Shown here: positions 19,453 to 28,286 of the stretch, one piece after another | How positions within the stretch are numbered: position 1 is the first letter of the stretch | How the letters are laid out: every line of letters starts with the position of its first letter | NCBI GenBank assembly: GCA_019057385.1 | Contig: JAHQJS010000007.1 | Coordinates: 841,040-905,039, forward strand | DNA length: 64,000 bases | Direction: 5' to 3' | DNA from: Candidatus Borrarchaeum weybense | Lineage (GTDB): Archaea > Asgardarchaeota > Sifarchaeia > Borrarchaeales > Borrarchaeaceae | Position numbers and translations under genes: made by a program | Notes under the pieces: generated by a model | What the model saw: only the letters and a program-made list of their open reading frames with translations | Databases searched by the model: none | Told to the model about the DNA's origin: nothing

Positions 19453-20382
19453 TTAGAAAATCTTGTAAAGTGGGTGTTCTCTAGTTCTCGTTTTAACCTT
19501 ATGTTTTCGCATTGCATATGCAATTATTGCATCAGTCATTGCAGCTGCAGGAAATATTATCTCTGCATTTTTTATTGGACCATATAGAATGAAATCGGCA
19601 CCTGCCCTTTGTAGGACTGTCACAGAACACGCCATACAAATTTTCTTTGCAAGTTTCCCATATTCCTTTACGCGTGTCCATTCTAGGACAGCATTGCAAG
19701 GAGCACCTCCTGCGGGTAGGCCAAATTCCTGTTTAATTAGTGTAGCCGCTTCGGCTACTAGTCCAACACTTGGCACGTCAAACGTTGCTCCATCTATCAA
19801 AGTATTTTCGACCCCTGTTTTCTCAGCAATTTTTAATAGGCTCTGATCGTTTGATTCTTTTCCATACAGCATTTCAAGTCTACCTTTAGGCCATGCATTA
19901 GATGGATTAAAGGTTAAAAGTAACGCGGATTTAACACCTACCTCTTTTATTGCTGTTAATTCCTCCTCGTAGGTCTTGTACCAAATAGAATTATAAACAA
20001 TTCTATTGAGTAAGCCAACTTCTGCAGCGTGTTTGATGCCTTCGATTTTTACATCCATAAACGAACTATCTACTAATATAGGAGCATCTGTGAGATTCGC
20101 TACAAAATCAATATATTTACAGATAGCTTCAGGACTTGTGCCTACAACATCTAGCATTACAGGATTACAAGTTTTTTCCGACAACTCAGATTGTTTTTCT
20201 ATGAATTCTTCTGCTTTCTGCTTGTCGAATGCCCCTGTTTTTTCGTTTTCAACGATTTTATCGCCGTGATAGAAGATTGTTCCAATTAATACGGTAGGTA
20301 ACTCCCCTGGCTGTCCACCCACCTCAACGTCTCCTATATGAAAAATTTTCTGTTCATTCTCAAATTTAAACAAATTTATCAC
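19453..20382 (-). CDS. mtrH: MtrH/MtgA-family methyltransferase, paralog 2 (canonical motifs)
   Basis: GGQPGELPTVLIGTIFY, ILVDSS, YNSI, APCNA, LYGPI, HPLYKIF. Confidence 0.88.
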   Translation of the reverse strand: MINLFKFENEQKIFHIGDVEVGGQPGELPTVLIGTIFYHGDKIVENEKTGAFDKQKAEEFIEKQSELSEKTCNPVMLDVVGTSPEAICKYIDFVANLTDAPILVDSSFMDVKIEGIKHAAEVGLLNRIVYNSIWYKTYEEELTAIKEVGVKSALLLTFNPSNAWPKGRLEMLYGKESNDQSLLKIAEKTGVENTLIDGATFDVPSVGLVAEAATLIKQEFGLPAGGAPCNAVLEWTRVKEYGKLAKKICMACSVTVLQRAGADFILYGPIKNAEIIFPAAAMTDAIIAYAMRKHKVKTRTREHPLYKIF

Positions 20383-20710
20383 TATCCCTTGACGTTTACA
20401 TATGAGTTCACGTTAGCTTATTAAAGAAAAATATTACTCTACTCTATTTTTATAGTTGAATACTATAGATTTATATAAGTTGTCTTTGTAGGAATTCATG
20501 ATAAATTCGTTAAAAAACCTGGGATATGGAAATTTTTGAAATTAAAGTTCCGCAGTTCTAAAATGAAAAAAAGGCCATGAACACAGTATTTATAGCTGAA
20601 AGTGACAAAAAGTGAGTCTACATTACTTGAATCGTAGTATCTTAATTACGTAAGTTTATTAATTGTATATGATCCACAAAAAGTTTATGAATCGTTAATG
20701 CAACAACTGC

Positions 20711-21073
20711 ATGATGAGAAAAAACCTTATAAGAGATCTAAAGGTGGAAGTTATGGAAATTGCCATAGAGTTTTCAGATGAAGAACTCAAATTAGTAAAA
20801 AAGTTACTAACGAGTAAAAAAGATAAGCGTCCAACAAAAGAAATTTTAGAGGAAAAATTTCGTGATTATAAAATAGGTCTGGTTTTTAGTGCACACCACA
20901 AACTAAGTGAAATTTGTCCAAAGTGCGGCTCAATTGAGACCACACAAGATATGGATTGGAACTCGATTGACGATGGAAATGGAAAAAATATAATATTTTT
21001 AAAATGTAAAAATTGCAGTAACAAATTCAGTATTATTTGGAATCCTTTTGAAACAGATCCCCCCTCATGGTAA
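20711..21073 (+). CDS. Hypothetical protein with C-terminal Zn ribbon (paralog A)
   Basis: CPKCG...CKNC; similar to the adjacent ORF; the real start may be the later ATG (MEIAIEF). Confidence 0.7.
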   Translation: MMRKNLIRDLKVEVMEIAIEFSDEELKLVKKLLTSKKDKRPTKEILEEKFRDYKIGLVFSAHHKLSEICPKCGSIETTQDMDWNSIDDGNGKNIIFLKCKNCSNKFSIIWNPFETDPPSW

Positions 21074-21088
21074 GCAAAGAAACAGTAC

Positions 21089-21469
21089 TTGGTCCTAATG
21101 AATAAAAAAATAAATGGAGCACTTGTTATGAATAGTCTAAGGGAATCATTGAAAATAAAAGTAATTTTCTCAAAAGAAGAAATCGAAATATTCAAAAACC
21201 TATTAGAAGGGAGAAAAGAAATACGCCCTCTAAAAAAGATCTTGGAAGAGAAAATAACAGAATACCAATTAGGACTAATTTATAATGCAAAAGTAATACT
21301 GAATGATGCCTGCCCAAGCTGCGGGTCACTAAACACAAAAGAGGATCATAATCGTCCGCCGACACTCACAAAGGGTGGAAATTTTATAATATATCGCCAA
21401 TGTTGCGAATGTAACACAAAATTCAGTGCACATTTTATACCATCCTTCGAAGCTGACTATAGTATTTAA
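21089..21469 (+). CDS. Hypothetical protein with C-terminal Zn ribbon (paralog B)
   Basis: CPSCG...CCEC; shares FS.EE, RP.K.ILEEK..Y..GL and KFS with paralog A; start uncertain. Confidence 0.7.
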   Translation: MVLMNKKINGALVMNSLRESLKIKVIFSKEEIEIFKNLLEGRKEIRPLKKILEEKITEYQLGLIYNAKVILNDACPSCGSLNTKEDHNRPPTLTKGGNFIIYRQCCECNTKFSAHFIPSFEADYSI

Positions 21470-21651
21470 GACCTGTCTTTCATTGTTAAACATTTCTAGA
21501 ATGCGTCTTCACGCAAATCGACTTTGTGAGGTATGTAAAATAGTTTAGAAAGCAAGATCAAGAAGGAAACTCAATGATCGAGAGGAATTTTTCAATAAGA
21601 TTTTCTTTAATAAGATAAATACATACTCATATCGAATAGAAGGGAGATATA

Positions 21652-22626
21652 TTGTTAAAATTTGAAAAGCCACAAGAAATATTTAGAATTGGTAATGTTG
21701 AGATCGGAGGGCAACCTGGAGAATTGCCTACCGTATTAGTTGGAAGCATATTCTATTATAAAGATAGAATTGTTGAGAACCAACATCAAGGTATTTTTAA
21801 GAAGAAAGAAGCACTACGAATAATCAATAAGGTAGATACCATATCCATGAAGACAGGAAATCCCTACGTGATAGATATAGAAGCAATTAGTAATCGTTCA
21901 ATTGAAAAATTCATAGACTTTGTTTCGGAAGTAACAGAGGCACCCTTTTTTATAAATAGCACTAATATCCCAGTCAGGCTACATGGTGCCAAGTACGTAA
22001 ATGAAAAAGGTCTCCAAAATAGGACAATCTACGCTTCTATAAATTTCAAGGTAGAAAAAAGTGAAATTGAAGTGCTAGAACAATCAAAAATAGATGCTGT
22101 ACTAGTTCAAGCATTTAACCCTCAAAACCCGTGGTCTAAAGGAATGATGAAGATTATGAGAGAGGGACTCAATGGAGAAGGACTTGTAGATATGGTAATA
22201 AAGGCAGGAATAAAAAAACCCCTCCTCTTTGCAAACATCTACGATGTACCGAGCATTGGTATCGGTGGAGAAACTGTCTACATGTTAAAAAATGAGTTTG
22301 GTTTGCCGAGTGGTACAGCTCCGGTGGGTGTAGTCGGTGTATGGGGGAAAACGAAAGAGGCCAAAGAACTATATGCGCAAATAACCAGTATTTGTGGCGC
22401 AAACGCCGCAGTTTTCTCAAAACTCATGGGATCAGATTATATACATTACGGTTCTTTGAAAAGAGCCGCAAAAATTTTTCCATCAGTTGCCATGATTGAT
22501 GCTATAATAGCTTATAATGCAAAGTTATACGGAGTTGAACCAAAGATAATAACACCTGCCTTACAAGATTTTTTTGATACTCCTGACAAAACAGTACCTC
22601 CGAAATACTTGCACGCTGAAAATTAA
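21652..22626 (+). CDS. MtrH/MtgA-family methyltransferase, paralog 3 (divergent)
   Basis: MLKFEKPQEIFRIG..GGQPGELPTVLVGSIFY; GGGAG SD upstream. Confidence 0.82.
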   Translation: MLKFEKPQEIFRIGNVEIGGQPGELPTVLVGSIFYYKDRIVENQHQGIFKKKEALRIINKVDTISMKTGNPYVIDIEAISNRSIEKFIDFVSEVTEAPFFINSTNIPVRLHGAKYVNEKGLQNRTIYASINFKVEKSEIEVLEQSKIDAVLVQAFNPQNPWSKGMMKIMREGLNGEGLVDMVIKAGIKKPLLFANIYDVPSIGIGGETVYMLKNEFGLPSGTAPVGVVGVWGKTKEAKELYAQITSICGANAAVFSKLMGSDYIHYGSLKRAAKIFPSVAMIDAIIAYNAKLYGVEPKIITPALQDFFDTPDKTVPPKYLHAEN

Positions 22627-22818
22627 AATAAGAACATATAGGACGATATCGAGGGAGAATGTCTATTCAATATGCACGACTTGATACGACATCTATGGTT
22701 CATCTTACGAATTGAAAGAGATGATGCGGGAAAGAATTAAGTATAGTTTATTGAGTAGACATTTTGGATGATGAAAAACCTCTTTTGAGATGAAAAATCT
22801 TTTATAATGACGTGTCTT

Positions 22819-24546
22819 TTAGAAGACTGTATATTTTTTCTCGTGATCTTTATACTGTGGCAAATGGCTCGCAGACAAAAAGCCAGGCAATTGTCGCCCT
22901 ATGGCATCGGGGGGGATCTCTTCTTTCTTTTCCTTTTTTAAATTGAGCATATCGTCAATCCTCAAAATCGATATAGCTGTCTCACACGCTCCTTTGAATA
23001 TTGCTTTAGTAACTGCCAATGGCATAATGATACCAGCGTTCATCATATTATCAATTTTCTTACCTAACGCATTATATCCATACCACATATTGGCAGACTG
23101 TTGATGTTCCGCAATGAGGAAAGGTAGAATATCTAATGAATTCAACCCTGTATTTGTCACCAACGCTCTTGGAATGCAAAGCAGAGCATCTGCAAAGGCT
23201 TTTACAGCAAATTGTTCCTTACCGTGAAATTCTCGTGAAAACTCTGTCAGTCGTTTTTTCAATTCTACCTCAACAGCCCCGCCGCCAGCAACTATCTTAT
23301 TACATTTGAAAAGATTTGCTGTAGCGTAAAGAACATCAAGCACTGTTTTTTCGACATCCTCCATTATTTCTTTCGAAATGCCACGTATTAATATACACAC
23401 TGATTGCGGGGTTTTGCATCCCTCAATAACAACAATTTTATTATCACCAACTTTTCTCTCCTCAACCAAATTGGCTGATCCTAAATCCTCTTCCTTTAAG
23501 TCGTCAAGATCTCTAACTATATTTGCATTACAAGCCTTGGCAACCCTTAGTATAAATTTTTGCTTTGCAGCCCATCGATATAGTGTTACAGCCATAATTC
23601 CAGCTCTGGCCAGAAAATATGCCGCCAAATCATCAATACGTTTTTCACAGAAAACAACGTTTGCACCTGCTGCCTTTATCTTATTTACCCAATCTTTTAA
23701 GATCTGTGCCTTCTTATCTATGAAAGGTTTGATTAATTCTGGATTATTTATTTCAATCTTTCCCTGAACTGTAGGAGGGTGATGTTCAAGTTTTTCTATC
23801 TCTAAAGGATGAGTAAGAACTGCAATCTTCGGATTTTTGACGTGCTTCGGCATTTGTGGATGAATCAATTGTTCATCCATAACCATTCCGCGTACAAAAA
23901 TTGAATCGTTAACGGTCTTACCAGGTTTTTTAACGATATGAACCAGATCAATATTAGCAATCCAGTTGTTGTCTCTTTTTTCCTTGATTCGTTCAATAAC
24001 ATCAAGAACGATATCTGTTAATACTAAACTAGCCTTTGCACCCAGTTTGGTAGACATGATGGTATAGACTACTTTTTTGAGAATCTTTCTATCAGCAGAC
24101 TCTATTTCTACTGCAATCTCGTCCAGAATCCTAAGTGCTTTCTTTAATGCCTCCTTGTATCCATGAATAATAATTGAAGGATGTATCTTATCGTCTAATA
24201 GTCTCTCTGCGCGTTCTAGAAACTCGCTTGCTAATACAACGGACGAAATAGAGCCATCACCCGTTGTATCCTTTTGAGCGGTTGCCAAATGGATCAGAAT
24301 CTTTGCTACAGGATGCCATATGCTCATTCTTTTAAGTATCGTTGCCCCATCACAAGAGATAATGAAGTATTTGAGACTATCTACAAGGAACTTCTTCGAA
24401 CCGCTAGGACCAAGACTTTTCTGTAGAATAGCTCTAATTATCTTTGCGATCAAAATATTACTCTTTACTAACTCTGAGCCATTTAACTGACTTATACCTT
24501 CTCTAATCAGTGGAGAAGTCATTAGTGCAGCATCTATGTTTGACAT
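22819..24546 (-). CDS. Divergent group II chaperonin (thermosome-like) subunit
   Basis: SLGPSG, DGATIL, HPVAK, GDGSIS, IHPSIII.GY, AGGGAVE, ILRIDD; ATG 24546 follows a GGTGA SD. Confidence 0.85.
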   Translation of the reverse strand: MSNIDAALMTSPLIREGISQLNGSELVKSNILIAKIIRAILQKSLGPSGSKKFLVDSLKYFIISCDGATILKRMSIWHPVAKILIHLATAQKDTTGDGSISSVVLASEFLERAERLLDDKIHPSIIIHGYKEALKKALRILDEIAVEIESADRKILKKVVYTIMSTKLGAKASLVLTDIVLDVIERIKEKRDNNWIANIDLVHIVKKPGKTVNDSIFVRGMVMDEQLIHPQMPKHVKNPKIAVLTHPLEIEKLEHHPPTVQGKIEINNPELIKPFIDKKAQILKDWVNKIKAAGANVVFCEKRIDDLAAYFLARAGIMAVTLYRWAAKQKFILRVAKACNANIVRDLDDLKEEDLGSANLVEERKVGDNKIVVIEGCKTPQSVCILIRGISKEIMEDVEKTVLDVLYATANLFKCNKIVAGGGAVEVELKKRLTEFSREFHGKEQFAVKAFADALLCIPRALVTNTGLNSLDILPFLIAEHQQSANMWYGYNALGKKIDNMMNAGIIMPLAVTKAIFKGACETAISILRIDDMLNLKKEKKEEIPPDAIGRQLPGFLSASHLPQYKDHEKKYTVF

Positions 24547-25146
24547 CTCTCTCACCTATGCTATTCTTACTCGAAACTTAATGATTATCATACCGATCAA
24601 TGAATCCAGTCCTTTTACTTATATTATTTCAGAAATCACTTTGCTAATGACTCCATATACCTTTTTGTGCAAAATCACATTTTTGAAAGATTTTAAGAAT
24701 GTATTTAAGACGTCATTTTACATGTTTGTAAATAATTTACTTGGAACTAAGCCATAGATTGCACTTTCCTTTGATTTGCAAATAAAGGACTAACTCACTT
24801 TGGCTTTAAGCAAATTTCAAAAAGATTCTATAAATTCACAATATATAGAGATACAAGTCTGGGAATGAAACGAGGAGTTATTCTCGAAGAGCTGGAGAGG
24901 CAGCATATATATATACTTATGCGTTGGCAAACACCAGAGTTCAAAACTGTTTTGATCCTCCCTTTTAATTTTGAGGATATGTACATTCATTGATAGGTTC
25001 ATTTGAGCAAAGAGCAATCCGAGGTGGTAATTGTCTACTATCAAATGTTATAAAGTTTTTTACTCGAACGAATACGCCAATAACTCAAGAGGAATTTTGT
25101 AGGGATCGTCTCTTTGCAAGGCTTAGTGTGATTGTACATGCATATA

Positions 25147-25593
25147 CTACGATTTACTTTTTTTTCTTCTTTTTTTAAATGAAAGTAAACAATTCTGAAA
25201 TTCATCAAAAGATTTTTTGGAAATAATGCCGATTAAATTACCATCGTCATCAACCACACAAAGCCTGTTTATCGTAGTCCTCTCGAATTGGGACGCAATA
25301 TCAAAGACTCTATCATTTGAGAATACGGAATATATGGACGACACCATCACATCTTTTGCTATAAATTCGCAAGGATTCTTGCCTTCCGAGATTAATTTGA
25401 CAATTACTCCTTCGGTAATAATACCAACAGGCTTGTTCGAGTTTATAACAAGAATGCTATCAACCTGATGGCTGATCATTAATTCAGCAACTTTTGTTAA
25501 GTTATCTTCCAGATCACATGTAACAATATCTATAACCATATCAATCGCTAAGGGAGCGATCTTATTAATTTCTTCACTCATTTTCTTCACCAT
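25147..25593 (-). CDS. CBS-domain pair protein
   Basis: PVGIITE, RLCVVDDDGNLIGIIS. Confidence 0.8.
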   Translation of the reverse strand: MVKKMSEEINKIAPLAIDMVIDIVTCDLEDNLTKVAELMISHQVDSILVINSNKPVGIITEGVIVKLISEGKNPCEFIAKDVMVSSIYSVFSNDRVFDIASQFERTTINRLCVVDDDGNLIGIISKKSFDEFQNCLLSFKKRRKKSKS

Positions 25594-25709
25594 GTTTTTA
25601 GGTTCTTCCTAATCAAATTAGATCCGATTATTTTTTGCTGTGAATGCCGGAAAAAGAATTATCAATTCCTTTAAAAAATAAAAAAGGTTGAGGGGAATTG
25701 TCAAAGTCG

Positions 25710-26972
25710 CTAGAAGGGCTTTGCAATTCTTTTTATTTCTGCTGTGCTTTCCGTGGGTTGAAGCGCCTCTAAATCAATTGGAAATGTACCGTATTCTTTT
25801 ACCTTTCTGATAAGGTATTTGAATCTTTGCATTGTACATGCAGGTGAAACCGTGTCCAGTTTGACAGGTACAGAGCCTCCTCCTGGTGCTGTATCTCTTA
25901 TATGTCTTCTTACTCGTTCATCTAAGATCTCCAAGGCAGCATAATTGATGGTTTCAGCATCGGTTCCGACAACCCAGAGTTTCTTGTTTTTCGCAGATAT
26001 TTTTTTTGCAGCAGCTAAGTCAGCTATTCGTGTATCCATCCCATACATGAACACAATGAATCCACTATTATCCATGTAATGTTGCCAAAAGTTTTTCCAG
26101 TCATCAACAGCTTCGTAAAATCTGAATACGCCCCAGTTGTTATAGGGTGTTCTCTTTATGACCTTCATAGCAGCTGGCATTGCGAATTCTTCCCAGTTCT
26201 TTGTACCGATCAGCGGAACGTCGCATGCGGCAGCCCACATGAAAGGAAATAGTGTTGGTGCATGGGGCTTTACAACTTCTTCGTATTGAAACTTACCATA
26301 GTCGGTCGCTAAATCCACGTATAAGTCTAAGACTTTCCACAAGAATTCAGGATCTCTGCGTGCCCATTTAATAAGTCTTGTGAATCCCATAGTCTTAAAT
26401 GCGATGTCCCAAGGGGTAGCTTGGAAGTAGAAGGGTGTAAGACGACCGGGTAAGGTCTCAAATATTGTCTTCATTATACCAGCAAAAAATGGTCCTCTGC
26501 CCTCTGTACTTAAGTCGGGTACTCTTAATTTGTCAAAATCTGCCTTCTCTTTGATTATTTCTCCATCTGGTGCTACACAGGGGTACGACGTTGTTGGACG
26601 GAGGAGTTTGCACCCTAGTACTTCAGGCTCGATGTTGTATACATCAAAGTCAGCCTGTGGAAACTCATGTTCCAGCTTGTCTACAACCCAATATTGACTC
26701 GCCACGAGTTTTTTATAGCTATAGCAGCACTCAAGTAAAGGAATTTTTGAGTGGTGTGAGGCAAACGTTTCCATAAGCCCAGTAGGCCCAGGTATTCGCC
26801 ATTTAGGTTCTTTATAGGTTGCAAGTCTTGCTATGGCTTCAGCAGGTGTCTCAGGATATTTATCAATTCTAGCCTTGATTTTTTCTGTGTGTTCTTGGAT
26901 TCTCTTTTCCATTTCTGGCTCTGTCTTTTCCTCGTATACTTTCTCACCAAATATAGTTTCTCCAAAACCCAT
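25710..26972 (-). CDS. UroD/MtaA-fold substrate:corrinoid methyltransferase (MtoB/MtgB-like candidate)
   Basis: E.LGCK, FDKLRVPD..EGR, PWDIA...MGF...RDPE, APGGG, VKEYG; 16 nt downstream of the corrinoid protein gene. Confidence 0.7.
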   Translation of the reverse strand: MGFGETIFGEKVYEEKTEPEMEKRIQEHTEKIKARIDKYPETPAEAIARLATYKEPKWRIPGPTGLMETFASHHSKIPLLECCYSYKKLVASQYWVVDKLEHEFPQADFDVYNIEPEVLGCKLLRPTTSYPCVAPDGEIIKEKADFDKLRVPDLSTEGRGPFFAGIMKTIFETLPGRLTPFYFQATPWDIAFKTMGFTRLIKWARRDPEFLWKVLDLYVDLATDYGKFQYEEVVKPHAPTLFPFMWAAACDVPLIGTKNWEEFAMPAAMKVIKRTPYNNWGVFRFYEAVDDWKNFWQHYMDNSGFIVFMYGMDTRIADLAAAKKISAKNKKLWVVGTDAETINYAALEILDERVRRHIRDTAPGGGSVPVKLDTVSPACTMQRFKYLIRKVKEYGTFPIDLEALQPTESTAEIKRIAKPF

Positions 26973-26988
26973 TTTTTATACACCTCTA

Positions 26989-27630
26989 TTAAACTGCTCC
27001 TATTAGTCTTTTACACTCGCGTACAGCATCAGCTGCATCTCTGCCGAATCCGTCCGCATTGTATTGAATTAACATATCACGATATGCGCCAGCACCACCG
27101 ATTATATATTTTACTTTGTCCCTAACACCAGCCTCAGTAAGTGCCTTCTCAATTGCTGGAAGCTCTATATCAGCTGTTGATGTAGAATAGGCGGAAGCCC
27201 CAATTAACTCTGGGTTGTATTTCTTTATTGCCTCAACGAATTTTTCAGGATAGACATCTGAGCCCAAATCAATGACTTTAAATCCAGCACCTCTCAGAAA
27301 TGCACCAACAAGGTTTTTTCCGATGTCATGAACATCTCCTCTAACAACTCCAAGAACTATCGTCGCAATAAAATCTGCGTTACCACTTTTTTCCAATTCA
27401 GGAAGGACAATATTCAGGGATTTTTTCGCAGCTTCACCAACCATCATTAGATCAGCAATGAAGTACTCTTTTTGCTCAAGTCTTTTCCCTGCAACTGTCA
27501 AGCCATTTTTCATCGCATCGATGACTTCCATTGGCTTTGCACCTTCATTAACCGCACGTTTTGTCAGCGCTTCTGCATCGTCATCTTCGCCCTCAAGAAT
27601 AGCGTTTTCTAAGTCCTTTAAAGTAGACAT
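26989..27630 (-). CDS. Methyltransferase cognate corrinoid protein (MtaC/MtbC-like)
   Basis: Cap domain plus GDVHDIGKNLV, DLG.DV, IIGGA. Confidence 0.92.
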   Translation of the reverse strand: MSTLKDLENAILEGEDDDAEALTKRAVNEGAKPMEVIDAMKNGLTVAGKRLEQKEYFIADLMMVGEAAKKSLNIVLPELEKSGNADFIATIVLGVVRGDVHDIGKNLVGAFLRGAGFKVIDLGSDVYPEKFVEAIKKYNPELIGASAYSTSTADIELPAIEKALTEAGVRDKVKYIIGGAGAYRDMLIQYNADGFGRDAADAVRECKRLIGAV

Positions 27631-28286
27631 TTTTTCTATCTCTCCTAGTTTTGATCCATTTTACATATTTTTTGGATGAACCTCTATTTTCAAGAAGTCC
27701 ATTTAAGTTATAGCGAATTATTATTATAGTTTTACTATAAAAAGTTTATTACTTAATAATAATTTTTTTGTATTTATGATATAATTTATTATAATTATGA
27801 ATATGCTTTTTTCAAATAACAATTTAATACATCCAATCCTGGTGTTTCCTTTTTACGAAAAAATCGTACTATGAAGTCGGTATTCTACATCGGATCGATA
27901 TTCATTCGGGCGAGCCCTTCAGGGTATTTTAATAAAGAATAATTTTCTTACAATTAGTTTATAAGCTCCGCGTAGTGTAAAAATATAAGAATGCCAATAT
28001 TAACGGAAAGAAGTCACAGGTTACATTCTGCATGTGAAACTGGCATAACAAGAAGGATCCTTTGTCAGTTGCATATTTTATTTGAGCTCCTGCAAATCAA
28101 CCAATTTCACTCTTTAAAGGATTAATGGAATCGTGAATTCAAACATTTTAAAAATGTACTTACCTTAATACTTATAAATATGGATTAGATTTTTATTATA
28201 ATTAGTTTGTATTTCCCTAATATAATATTTGAAAACGAGATTATGTAGCGGAAACTATTATTCGCATTATCTATAGAGTGATTGCA

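Noticed and set aside
24536-25178. Short ORFs between the chaperonin and CBS genes, and the many antisense ORFs in the track
   Set aside because: No motifs; most are shadows of confident genes on the opposite strand
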